DNA of 64,000 bases from an uncultured Solirubrobacteraceae bacterium (GTDB lineage Bacteria; Actinomycetota; Thermoleophilia; Solirubrobacterales; Solirubrobacteraceae). The stretch spans positions 15,655 to 79,654 of the forward strand of contig CAZOQI010000045.1 in assembly GCA_964582105.1 (NCBI GenBank). Direction: 5' to 3'. A program made the position numbers and the translations under genes. Of this stretch, positions 30,032 through 39,373 are shown piece after piece. The stretch's first letter is position 1; each line of letters starts with the position of its first letter. Under the pieces are notes generated by a model. That model worked only from the letters and a program-made list of their open reading frames with translations, searched no databases and was not told the DNA's origin.

Positions 30032-31393
30032 TCAGCGCTGCGCCAAAGCCCTGAACCGCTCGCCGCGGGCTTCGAAGTCGGCGTACTGGTCGAAGCTGGC
30101 GCAGCCTGGAGAGAGGAGGATGGTCTCGCCGAAGGTGGCGGCGACGCTCGCCGCCTGGACGGCCGCCTCCAGGGTGCCGCATTCGTGCACCGGAACGCCG
30201 GCGCCTTTGAGGGCCTGGGCGATCAGCGGGGCGTCTTCGCCGATCAGGTAGACGGCGCGGCAGCCGGCCTGTACGGCCGGGCGCAGATCCGCGAAGTCCT
30301 GGCCCTTGCCCTGGCCGCCGAGGATCAGATGGACGGGCGTGTCGAGGAAGGCGCGCAGGGCGACGAGGGTGGAGGCGACGTTGGTGGCCTTGGAGTCGTT
30401 TACGTAGAGAACGCCATCGCGGCGGGCGAGCACCTCCAGGCGGTGGGCGACGCCCGCGAAGGTCCGCAGGCCGGCGCGAACGGCGTCGGGGTCGATCCCG
30501 CGCGCGAGGCACACCGCCGCTGCCGCCAGGGCGTTCTGGAGGTTGTGCTCGCCGCGCAGGCTCACCTCGCCGCCGGCAAGCAGGGGCCGGCCCTGCCACA
30601 GCAGCCGGCCCTCCCGCTGTGAGAGGTCGGCATCCGCAGTCTCGCCGAAGGACACGCGCCGGGCCTGTCCGCCCACCCCCTCGGCCATCTCCAGATCCAG
30701 GGGCAGCACCGCCAGGTCCCCCTCGCTCTGGTTGGCGAACAGCTTCAGCTTGGCCTTCGTGTAGGACTCCATCGTGCCGTGGCGGTTGAGGTGATCGGGG
30801 GTGAGGTTGAGCAGCACGGCCGCCTCGGGGGCGAAGGCGAGGGTGTCTTCGAGCTGGAAGGATGAGGTCTCGCAGACGATCGTGGCCCGCGGATCGACGT
30901 GGCCGACGAGGCTGCTGAGCGCGGTGCCGACGTTGCCGGCGACGGCGACGGGCAGGCGGGCCGCGCGGTGGATGTGGCCGATCAGCTCCACGGTTGTGGT
31001 CTTGCCGTTGGTGCCGGTCACGGCGATGAGCTCGTTGGGGAGCAGGCGCCAGGCCAGCTCCAGCTCGCCCAGCACCGGCAGGCCGCGCGCGCGGGCCTGC
31101 GCGATCACCGGCGCCTCGGCGGGAACCCCGGGGCTCTTGACGATCGTGCGCGATCTCTCCAGCTCGCGCAGGCCGTCGGCCTGCAGGTGCAGCTCCACAC
31201 CCGCCTGGCGCAGCGCATCCAGGCCGCCCGGAGTGCCGGTGCCCGTGCCCGCCCCCCGATCACCGGGCGCGCCGACATCCACGCCGATGACATCCTCGCC
31301 GCGCTCGCGCAGCACACGCGCGGCGGCGGCGCCGGAGCGGGCGAGGCCCACGATCAGGTAGGGGCCGGGCGGGAGCGGCGGACGAGGCTTCAC
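30032..31393 (-). CDS. murD: UDP-MurNAc-L-Ala--D-Glu ligase
   Basis: GLARSG, TGTNGKTT, SSFQL, NDSKATN, SPGCASFDQY. Confidence 0.96.
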   Translation of the reverse strand: MKPRPPLPPGPYLIVGLARSGAAAARVLRERGEDVIGVDVGAPGDRGAGTGTGTPGGLDALRQAGVELHLQADGLRELERSRTIVKSPGVPAEAPVIAQARARGLPVLGELELAWRLLPNELIAVTGTNGKTTTVELIGHIHRAARLPVAVAGNVGTALSSLVGHVDPRATIVCETSSFQLEDTLAFAPEAAVLLNLTPDHLNRHGTMESYTKAKLKLFANQSEGDLAVLPLDLEMAEGVGGQARRVSFGETADADLSQREGRLLWQGRPLLAGGEVSLRGEHNLQNALAAAAVCLARGIDPDAVRAGLRTFAGVAHRLEVLARRDGVLYVNDSKATNVASTLVALRAFLDTPVHLILGGQGKGQDFADLRPAVQAGCRAVYLIGEDAPLIAQALKGAGVPVHECGTLEAAVQAASVAATFGETILLSPGCASFDQYADFEARGERFRALAQR

Positions 31394-31445
31394 AGCAGAG
31401 GCCGGGTGCAGGCAGCCGAGCGGCGGGATGCGGCGGAGCGAGGCC

Positions 31446-32411
31446 TCATCGCAGGCTTGAGTGATAGATCGTGAAGCCAATCGCGGCGCAGATCGCGGCG
31501 ATGATCCAGAAGCGCAGGATGATCTTCGTCTCAGACCAGGCGCGCAGCTCGAAATGGTGGTGGATGGGCGCCATCAGGAAGACGCGCCTGCGCGTCGTTT
31601 GAAAGGAGACCACCTGGATCACCACCGACAGCGCCTCGATCACGAAGATGCCCCCGAGCAGCACCAGCAGCACCTCCGTCTTGGTCATCACGGCCAGGCC
31701 GGCGATCGCGCCGCCGAGCCCCAGGGCGCCGGTGTCGCCCATGAAGATCGTCGCGGGGAAGGCGTTGAACCACAGAAAGCCCACGCACGCACCGACGACG
31801 CAGCCGGCGAGCATGGCCAGGTCGTAGTCGGTGGCCACGAAGGTGATGCCCACGTAGGCCAGCATCACGATCGCCACGCAGCCGGCCGCCAGGCCGTCGA
31901 GGCCGTCCGTCAGGTTGACGGCGTTGGTGGTGCCCGCCACGACCAGATAGATCAGCACGGGATAGAAGGGGCCGAGGTCGATCTGGTAGTCGACGAAGCG
32001 CAGGCGCAGGGTGCTGGCCAGGTGCGCCTCGTGGCTGGCCACCCACCACAGGCCGAGCGAGATGGCGATCGTCACGAGCAGCTTGGTGCGCCCGCGCAGG
32101 CCCAGCGAGCGACGCCGCACGAGCTTGGTGTAGTCGTCGGCGAAGCCCAGCAATGCGCACGCCAGCGCGGCGCCGAACACGCCCACCGAGCGCCAGTCGT
32201 AGCTTGAGAGGATCAGGAAGGGGATGGCGATGGCGAGGAAGAGGATCACTCCCCCCATCGTGGGCGTGCCGGCCTTCTGGTGGTGGCCCTCCGGGCCCTC
32301 CTCGCGGATCTGCTGACCGAACTCGCGGCGGCGCAGGAACTCGATGAACTTCGGGCTGAGGAAGATGCAGATCAGCAGCGCGGCCGTTCCCCCGATCAAG
32401 ACCCGGCCCAT
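31446..32411 (-). CDS. mraY: phospho-MurNAc-pentapeptide transferase
   Basis: KAGTPTMGG, NAVNLTDGLDGL, FMGDTG, APIHHHFEL. Confidence 0.97.
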   Translation of the reverse strand: MGRVLIGGTAALLICIFLSPKFIEFLRRREFGQQIREEGPEGHHQKAGTPTMGGVILFLAIAIPFLILSSYDWRSVGVFGAALACALLGFADDYTKLVRRRSLGLRGRTKLLVTIAISLGLWWVASHEAHLASTLRLRFVDYQIDLGPFYPVLIYLVVAGTTNAVNLTDGLDGLAAGCVAIVMLAYVGITFVATDYDLAMLAGCVVGACVGFLWFNAFPATIFMGDTGALGLGGAIAGLAVMTKTEVLLVLLGGIFVIEALSVVIQVVSFQTTRRRVFLMAPIHHHFELRAWSETKIILRFWIIAAICAAIGFTIYHSSLR

Positions 32412-33913
32412 CAGCCCTCCTCACGGCGCGAGGGCTGCCCGTCCGCCGGTGGTTGCCCATCCGCCGGTGGTTGCCCGTCCGCCACAGCCTGCTCCGCGAG
32501 CAGGGTCTGCCCAACCAACTCCAGCCCCACCCCGCGCGAGCCCTTCACCAGCACCGTGTCCCCGTGGCGCAGAAGCGTGGGCAGCAGCTCCGCGGCCGCA
32601 CCGGCGTCCGGCACCCGGTGGATCTCCCGCGCGCGGTGGATCTCCCCCGCCCGGTGGATCTCCCCCGCCCGGTGGACATCTCCCGGCTGGAACCCCTCCT
32701 CCATCGCGGCCGCCAGCGGGCCGACGGCCACCAGCACCTCCACCCCGCGCTCCCGCGCGCAGCGGCCAACCTCGCGGTGGAAGTCGCGCTCCCGCGGGCC
32801 CAGCTCGAGCATGTCGCCCAGCACGGCCACGCGCCTGGCCGGCGCGGTGGCGGCGAGGTCGTCGAGCGCGGCGCGCATCGACATCGGGTTGGCGTTGTAG
32901 GAGTCGTCGATCAGCACAATGTCATCGGGGAGGGTGTGGCGCTCGCCGCGCAGCGCCGAGAAGGCCACCTCCAGCCTCCCCTCGGGGGTGACGCCAAGCG
33001 CGCGGGCGGCGGCAACCGCGGCCAGCAGGTTGCGCAGATTATGGGACTGGGCGAAGGAAGGCCGCAGCGCGATGCGCTCGCCGCCGGCGCCGATCACGAT
33101 TCCCCCGGGCTCGCGGGCGAGCAGGCGCACATCTCCTCCCTCGCCGAAGGTCACGGTCTTCAGGTCCTCTCGGCGGTGAGGATCGAGCAGGGGCTCGTCG
33201 TGGGGCAATACCACGGTGCCGCCCTCCCCGAGGCCCGCGATCAGCTCGGCCTTGGCGGCGGCAACCGCCTCCAGAGATCCCAGCAGCTCCATGTGCACGG
33301 GCCCCACGTTGACGATCACCCCCACGTCCGGCTGTGCGATCGCCGTCAGCCGTGCGATCTGCCCCGGCCCGCGCATGGCCAGCTCGAGCACCAGCGCCTC
33401 GGTGCCGGGCGGCGCCGCGAGCACCGCCAGCGGCAGGCCGATCTCCGTATTGAGGTTCTGCGGGCTGGACACCGTGCGCAACTGACCTCCCAGCACGGCC
33501 GCGAGGATGTCCTTGGTCGATGTCTTGCCGGTGGAGCCGGTGATCGCCACGACCCTTGCGCCCAGCTGCAGCCGCCAGGCATTCGCCAGCGCCTGCAGGG
33601 CGGCGAGAGGATCGGCATGAGCGAGCACGGCGCCCCGCTCGTCGCCCGCGGGACCGCGCGCGGCGCCCGCGAGGGACTCGGCGTGCTCGGGCGCGACCAG
33701 CACCCCCCAGGCCCCTGCATGGAGCGCCTGCGCCGCGTAGGCGCCACCGTCCTCGCGCTCGCCCGGCAGCCCCACGAACAGGTCGCCCGGCCGCGCCTGG
33801 CGCGAGTCGATCACGGCGCGCGTGGGGCCCGATCCCGCCTCCGCGGGCGCACCGGCGCTCAACAGACGTGCGCGGGCGGCCTCGGCCAGGCGCGCCGCGT
33901 CCCAATCGATCAC
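32411..33913 (-). CDS. murF: UDP-MurNAc-tripeptide--D-Ala-D-Ala ligase
   Basis: TGSTGKTSTK, DDSYNANP, LGDMLELG, VKGSR. Confidence 0.95.
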   Translation of the reverse strand: MIDWDAARLAEAARARLLSAGAPAEAGSGPTRAVIDSRQARPGDLFVGLPGEREDGGAYAAQALHAGAWGVLVAPEHAESLAGAARGPAGDERGAVLAHADPLAALQALANAWRLQLGARVVAITGSTGKTSTKDILAAVLGGQLRTVSSPQNLNTEIGLPLAVLAAPPGTEALVLELAMRGPGQIARLTAIAQPDVGVIVNVGPVHMELLGSLEAVAAAKAELIAGLGEGGTVVLPHDEPLLDPHRREDLKTVTFGEGGDVRLLAREPGGIVIGAGGERIALRPSFAQSHNLRNLLAAVAAARALGVTPEGRLEVAFSALRGERHTLPDDIVLIDDSYNANPMSMRAALDDLAATAPARRVAVLGDMLELGPRERDFHREVGRCARERGVEVLVAVGPLAAAMEEGFQPGDVHRAGEIHRAGEIHRAREIHRVPDAGAAAELLPTLLRHGDTVLVKGSRGVGLELVGQTLLAEQAVADGQPPADGQPPADGQPSRREEG

Positions 33914-35427
33914 GCGGCAGCCCCTGCAGCCTGCGCCTGCGCCCGGCGCGCACGCAGCGCCTCGCGCGCGACGGCGACATCGTCGAAGGGCACCCTGCGC
34001 CCGCCGGCGAGCTCCTGGCCCTGCTCGTGGCCCTTGCCCGCGATCACCACCACATCCCGCGGGCGAGCCAGCGCGACGGCCCGTGCGATGGCGGCGCGGC
34101 GATCGACCTCCACCTGCACCGCGCCGGCTGCGTCGATGCCCGTGCCCGTCCGGCCCGTGTCCGTGCCCGCCCGGTCGATGACGATGCCGGCCACGATCTC
34201 CTGAACGATCGCCTCGGGCGACTCGGAGCGAGGGTTGTCGGATGTGACCACCACGACGTCGGCCAGGCGCGCGGCGATCTCGCCCATCAGCGGGCGCTTG
34301 CCGCGGTCGCGGTCGCCACCGGCGCCGAACACGCACAGCACGCGCCCCTGCGCCAGCTCGCGCGCCGCGCGCAGCACGTTCTGGAGCGAATCGGGGGTGT
34401 GGGCGTAGTCCACCAGCACCGCGAAGTCCTGCCCCTCCTGCACCGGCTCGAAGCGGCCCGGCACGCGCACCCCGCGCTCCAGCGCCGTCAGCAGCACGTC
34501 CAGATCCGCGCCCAAGGCGTGGGTCGCGGCCACGGCCCCCAGCGCATTGGCCACATTGAAGCGCCCGGGCAGGGGAAGCGACACCGAGCGCTCATCCCCC
34601 GGCGCCTGCAGGACGAAGCGGCAGCCGGCGAAGTCCATGCGCACGTCGCGCGCGCTGTAGTCGGCCTCGCGGTCGTCGATCGCGAAGGTCACCGCGCCGG
34701 GCAGCTCGGCGGCCAGGCGCCGCCCGTAGGGGTCATCGACGTTGACCACGCACACCCGCGGCCGGCGCTCGCCGAGGAACAGCCGCCGCTTGGCCTGGAA
34801 GTACTCCTCCATGCCGGGATGGAAGTCGAGGTGGTCCTGCGTGAGGTTGGTGAAGATCGCCGCGGCAAAGTGGACGCCCCCCACGCGATCGAGCTCCAGG
34901 GCGTGCGAGGAGACCTCCATCGCACAGGCCGTGTCCCCGCCGTCGAGCATCTTGTGGAAGGCAGCGTGCACATCGATGGCCTCGGGGGTGGTGCGGGTGA
35001 CCGGCTGCTCCACTCCCGCCACGACGGAGGTGACCGTCCCCAGCAGCCCGCAGCGCTCCCCCGCAGCCTGGAGCAGTGCGCGCACGAGATAGGCGGTGGT
35101 GGTCTTGCCGTTGGTGCCCGTCACCCCCACGACGCGCAGGCGCGCGGAGGGATCGCCGTGGAAGCGCGCCGCCACCGGCCCCATCGCGGCACGCACCGAG
35201 GGCACGGCCACCTCGGGCACGCCGAGCCCCAGCGGGCGCTCCACCACCAGCGCCGCGGCGCCCTGCGCCACCGCCTGCGCGGCGAAGTCATGGCCGTCGC
35301 TGTGCTCTCCCGCAACGCAGAAGAACAGCGCGCCGGAGCTCACGCGGCGGCTGTCGTAGGCCAGCGCGGCGATCTCCACGGCATTCGCGCCGGGAGCGTC
35401 GGTGGCGATCAGCTCGGCGAGTCTCAT
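33910..35427 (-). CDS. murE: UDP-MurNAc-dipeptide--meso-DAP ligase
   Basis: TGTNGKTT, DYAHTPD, DNPR (DAP-type), GKGHE. Confidence 0.96.
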   Translation of the reverse strand: MRLAELIATDAPGANAVEIAALAYDSRRVSSGALFFCVAGEHSDGHDFAAQAVAQGAAALVVERPLGLGVPEVAVPSVRAAMGPVAARFHGDPSARLRVVGVTGTNGKTTTAYLVRALLQAAGERCGLLGTVTSVVAGVEQPVTRTTPEAIDVHAAFHKMLDGGDTACAMEVSSHALELDRVGGVHFAAAIFTNLTQDHLDFHPGMEEYFQAKRRLFLGERRPRVCVVNVDDPYGRRLAAELPGAVTFAIDDREADYSARDVRMDFAGCRFVLQAPGDERSVSLPLPGRFNVANALGAVAATHALGADLDVLLTALERGVRVPGRFEPVQEGQDFAVLVDYAHTPDSLQNVLRAARELAQGRVLCVFGAGGDRDRGKRPLMGEIAARLADVVVVTSDNPRSESPEAIVQEIVAGIVIDRAGTDTGRTGTGIDAAGAVQVEVDRRAAIARAVALARPRDVVVIAGKGHEQGQELAGGRRVPFDDVAVAREALRARRAQAQAAGAAA

Positions 35428-35524
35428 GGTCTCGTGCCCCGGGGCGACACGGAGATGAGTCTAGTTTCCGGCGCGGCCTGCGCAGCCAGGAGGCACCGCG
35501 CGCCAGCCCGCCGCCGCGGCCCTC

Positions 35525-37186
35525 TCAGCCCGGGGGTATGCCCAGGTAGGGCAGCGCGAAGGACATGATCTGCCCAAACGCGGGCGCGGCCACGACGCCG
35601 CCGAAGATCGAGCCCGATTGCGGTTCGTCGATGATGACCGCGCACAGCAGCTTGGGATTCCAGGCCGGCGCGAAGCCCATGAAGGAGGCCACGTAGGCGC
35701 TCTTGGAGTATTCCCCGGTGAGGGGGTCCACCTTGTTGGCGGTGCCCGTCTTGCCCGCCAGGCGGTAGCCCGGTATCGACACCTCGCTGGCGGTGCCGCC
35801 GGGCGCGAGCACCCCTTCCAGCATGCGCCGCAGCTCGGCGGACGTCAGGGCCGAGATGATGCGCCGTCCCGCGGGCACGCGCGCGGGGAGCCCGTTCACC
35901 GAGCGCACGATGTGGGGCGCTCGCAGGATGCCGCCGTTGGCGATGGCGCTGTAGGCGGTGGCCATCTGGATCGGCGTCACCGACTCGCCCTGGCCGATCG
36001 GCAGGTTGCCCATCGAGGAGCCCGAATAGCGGCTGAGGGGGGGCACCAGGCCGATCTCCTCGCCGGGCAGATCGACGCCGGTGGGCGCACCGAAGCCGAA
36101 GCGGCGCACCCACTGGCTGAAGCTCCGGGCGCCCTCCAGCAGGCCGATCTTGATCGCGCCCACGTTGCTGGACTGGGCCAGGATCTGCGCGGTCGTGAGG
36201 GACTCCCCGGGATGTTCGGTGTCGTCGTGAATGGTGCGATCGGCGACCTGGATCTGATCGGGGATTTCAAAGCCGGTGGTGGGCGTGATCAGCCCTTCCT
36301 GGAGGGCCGCGGAGACCGTCACCGACTTGAACGTGGAGCCCGGTTCGTAGTCGAAGCCCACGGCGCGGTTCTCGAGCGCTTCCGCGGGCGCGCCGCCGGG
36401 GTCGTTGGCGTTGACCTGCGGCCAGTTGGCCATCGCCAGGATCGCCCCCGTGTCGGGGTTCATCACGATCGCCGTGGCGTCCTTGGGGTGGAATTTGAGC
36501 CCCACCGCCCCCAGCACGTCTTCGGTGCGCTGCTGGATGTCGGCGTCAAGCGTGAGCTGCACCTGCGCGCCGGGCACTTCGCGGTGGACGTCCTCGATCG
36601 ACACCGGCTGGCCGCTGGCGGCGCTCACCACCCGCCGCTCGCCTGTGCTGCCCGCGAGCACGCCGCGCAGCGAGTACTCAAGGCCCGAGAGGCCCTTGCC
36701 GTCGGTGCCCACCATGCCCAGCACCTGCGCCGCCAGCGCGCCGCGCGGGTACACCCGCCGCATCGTGGGCGTGCCCTGGATGCCTTCGATCCTCAGCCCC
36801 AGCAGCCGGTGCGCCCGCGCGGCTCCGAGCGCGCGGGAGAGGTAGACGAAGCCCGAGCGCTCGCTGAGCAGCGTCAGCACCTGCGCCTGCGAGCGGCCCA
36901 GAAGCGGCGCCAACTGCCGCGAGACGAGCAGCGGATCCTTGATGAGATAGGGCGTCGCCGAGATTTCCTGCGCCGGTTCGGAGATCGCCAGGTCCACGCC
37001 GTTGCGGTCGGTGATCGTGCCGCGCTGGGCGGGGATCCGCTCGTAGGTCACCTGCTGGTTTTGAGCCGCCCTGCGCAACGCCCCGCTGTGCAGCGTGCCG
37101 AGATAGAACGTGCGTCCCGCCGCCAGCACCAGCAGCAGGAAGAACACCCCGAACAGCCCCCCGATGCGACGCTGTACCCCCGGCAC
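35525..37186 (-). CDS. ftsI: class B penicillin-binding protein FtsI
   Basis: STFK, SSN and KTG motifs; RGTITDRNG. Confidence 0.92.
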   Translation of the reverse strand: MPGVQRRIGGLFGVFFLLLVLAAGRTFYLGTLHSGALRRAAQNQQVTYERIPAQRGTITDRNGVDLAISEPAQEISATPYLIKDPLLVSRQLAPLLGRSQAQVLTLLSERSGFVYLSRALGAARAHRLLGLRIEGIQGTPTMRRVYPRGALAAQVLGMVGTDGKGLSGLEYSLRGVLAGSTGERRVVSAASGQPVSIEDVHREVPGAQVQLTLDADIQQRTEDVLGAVGLKFHPKDATAIVMNPDTGAILAMANWPQVNANDPGGAPAEALENRAVGFDYEPGSTFKSVTVSAALQEGLITPTTGFEIPDQIQVADRTIHDDTEHPGESLTTAQILAQSSNVGAIKIGLLEGARSFSQWVRRFGFGAPTGVDLPGEEIGLVPPLSRYSGSSMGNLPIGQGESVTPIQMATAYSAIANGGILRAPHIVRSVNGLPARVPAGRRIISALTSAELRRMLEGVLAPGGTASEVSIPGYRLAGKTGTANKVDPLTGEYSKSAYVASFMGFAPAWNPKLLCAVIIDEPQSGSIFGGVVAAPAFGQIMSFALPYLGIPPG

Positions 37187-37189
37187 CGG

Positions 37190-37726
37190 CTAGCCGCCCG
37201 GCGGTGGTTGCACCGGCTGCGCGAGCCTGGCCGCGGCCAGGCGTTCGTCGGTCCTCCCGCGCGCGCGCAGGAAGATCAGCCTCCCGGGCGCGACGATCGC
37301 CATGCCCGCCGCGGCCGCTCGCCGCTCGACCAGATCGCCCGCGGACATCGCCGAGTTTTCCGCGCTCAGCGTCGCGTTCACACGCTGCAGATAACCCTCG
37401 TGCTCGATCGCGCGGCCGATGCCGCCGTTGAGCTTGAGCAGCCACAGCTGCATGGCCACGATCCCGATCAGCGCGAAGGCCACGAGCACGATCCAGGCGC
37501 GGCTGCGGATGAGGCGGTCCAGGAGCCGCGCGGGCGTCCTGACGACCTCCGCCCTGGGTATCGAGCGGCGCGCGGGCGCCGGGGAGCGGCGCGGTGAGCT
37601 GGGACGAGGGCGATCTGGACGAGCTGGTCCCGGGCGGGCAGGGGCGGTTGGGCGAGCGCGGCGGGCGGGGGCAGGGCTGGAATAGGACCCCGCCCGCCCG
37701 GCCGTTGCGGCGGCGGGCGGCGTCAT
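37190..37726 (-). CDS. ftsL: FtsL-like cell division protein
   Basis: Single TM plus coiled coil, between rsmH and ftsI. Confidence 0.6.
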   Translation of the reverse strand: MTPPAAATAGRAGSYSSPAPARRARPTAPARPGPARPDRPRPSSPRRSPAPARRSIPRAEVVRTPARLLDRLIRSRAWIVLVAFALIGIVAMQLWLLKLNGGIGRAIEHEGYLQRVNATLSAENSAMSAGDLVERRAAAAGMAIVAPGRLIFLRARGRTDERLAAARLAQPVQPPPGG

Positions 37727-38682
37727 GCCTGCCCCTGAGTGGTGGTGTCGATCAGCTTGCAGGCCCCGCGCAGGCGCGCGGAGGCGGCGCGCGGGTTGCG
37801 GGCGACCTCCTCCGCGGAGGGCATGATCGCGCGGCGCGCCAGGAGGGCGGCCTCGGGCTCGCGCCCGCAGGCGCACACAGGCAGGTCCGGCGGGCAGGTG
37901 CAGCCCCGCGCGCGCTCGACCAGGAAGCGCTTCACGCGGCGGTCCTCCAGCGAGTGAAAGGCGATGGCGGCCAGCACTCCCCCCTCGCGCAGAAGGCCCC
38001 AGGCGAGCGGCAGCGCTCGCTCGAGCTGGCCCAGCTCGTCGTTGACGGCGATGCGCAGCGCCTGAAAGACGCGCTTGGCGGGATGGCCCGCAGCGAAGCG
38101 CGCGGGCGTGGGGATGGCGGAGACGATCACGTCCACCAGCGCAAGCGTGGTGTCGATCGGCTGCTGTGCGCGGCGGCGCACGATCGCGCGGGCGATGGCG
38201 CCGGCGTGGCGCTCCTCGCCGAAGTCGCGCAGCGCTCCGGTGAGCTGGCGCTGGTTCCACTCGGCCACGATCGTGCGCGCGTCGAGCTCCTGCGCGGGGT
38301 CCATGCGCATGTCCAGGGGCGCCTCGTAGGAGTAGGAGAAGCCGCGCTCGCGCGTGTCCACCTGCATCGAGGACATGCCCAGGTCGAGGTAGGCCAGATC
38401 CGCGCGCACGCCCTCGTGCGCCAGCTCTTCCAGCGCCTCGGCGTAGCCGCCTGCGATGAAGCGCACCTCACAGTCCACCTCCATCGCCAGCTCCTCGCAG
38501 CGCTCCCGCGCGAGCGGGTCGCGGTCGATCGCGATCAGCGTCCCCTCTCCCCCCAGGCGCTCGGCCACCAGGCGCGCGTGGCCGCCGCCGCCGAAGGTGC
38601 AGTCGATCGCCGTCTGGCCCGGCGCGGGGTGCGCCAGCCGCAGCAGCTCGGCGGCCAGCACCGGGATGTGGGTGGAGGGCAT
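37723..38682 (-). CDS. rsmH: 16S rRNA m4C1402 methyltransferase
   Basis: HIPVL, DCTFGGGGH, DLGMSSMQ, FHSLEDR, NPRAASA. Confidence 0.96.
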   Translation of the reverse strand: MPSTHIPVLAAELLRLAHPAPGQTAIDCTFGGGGHARLVAERLGGEGTLIAIDRDPLARERCEELAMEVDCEVRFIAGGYAEALEELAHEGVRADLAYLDLGMSSMQVDTRERGFSYSYEAPLDMRMDPAQELDARTIVAEWNQRQLTGALRDFGEERHAGAIARAIVRRRAQQPIDTTLALVDVIVSAIPTPARFAAGHPAKRVFQALRIAVNDELGQLERALPLAWGLLREGGVLAAIAFHSLEDRRVKRFLVERARGCTCPPDLPVCACGREPEAALLARRAIMPSAEEVARNPRAASARLRGACKLIDTTTQGQA

Positions 38683-38683
38683 G

Positions 38684-39124
38684 TCAAGCAGTGTGGTCAA
38701 CATTGGCCGTTATCTCCGCGACGCCGCCCAGCAGCGCCGGTCGGTGCTGATTCCAGCGGTCTCTGTCCCACAGCTCCAGGCGGTCGCCCGCGCCCACCAC
38801 CACGACCTCCCTGGCCAGGCCGGCGTGCTCGCCGAGGAAGCCCGGGACCATGATGCGCCCGGCGGCGTCCAGCTCGGCGTCGTGCGAGCTGCCGTAGAAG
38901 AAGCGCTCAAGCTCGGCCAGGCGCGGGGAGAGCGGCGGCAGCTCGGCCAGCGCCCGCTCGGTGTAGCGCTCGTAGTCCGCGGGGCGCCACACGCCCACGC
39001 AGGGCTCGAGGTCAACGGGCATCGCCAGCACCACCCCCTCGGAGAGCGTGGCGCGGTAGCGGGCCGGAACCGTGAGGCGGTTCTTGGCGTCGAGCGTGTG
39101 GTCGAAGGTCCCGCGAAAAGCCAC
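38684..39124 (-). CDS. mraZ: dcw transcriptional regulator MraZ
   Basis: LDAKNRL and LDAAGRI repeats, ELWD. Confidence 0.96.
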   Translation of the reverse strand: MAFRGTFDHTLDAKNRLTVPARYRATLSEGVVLAMPVDLEPCVGVWRPADYERYTERALAELPPLSPRLAELERFFYGSSHDAELDAAGRIMVPGFLGEHAGLAREVVVVGAGDRLELWDRDRWNQHRPALLGGVAEITANVDHTA

Positions 39125-39202
39125 TGAGGTCGGCTCCTGAGATGAATACCGAGCCAGAGTGGAGAGGTGGGAGGAGCCTCTCCACCCCGGCTCGCTGCGC
39201 GC

Positions 39203-39256
39203 AATCTATCCCACTTTCCCCCACATTGCAAGTCCAATACCACACTTTTCCCCACT
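39203..39256 (-). promoter_or_regulatory. dcw promoter with MraZ-type GTGGG boxes
   Basis: TTGCAA-17 nt-TAGATT; two GTGGG boxes inside the spacer and two GTGG(G) boxes upstream. Confidence 0.7.
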
Positions 39257-39373
39257 CGATCCTCCCAAGCGACCAAAACTGGCGGAAATAGCTGCTAATC
39301 AGGGCTTTTTTGGTTCCTCCGGAAGGCTCCCCCGGGCTGCCGAAAAGCGCATGCGGGCTTGCAGGGCGGCGAA

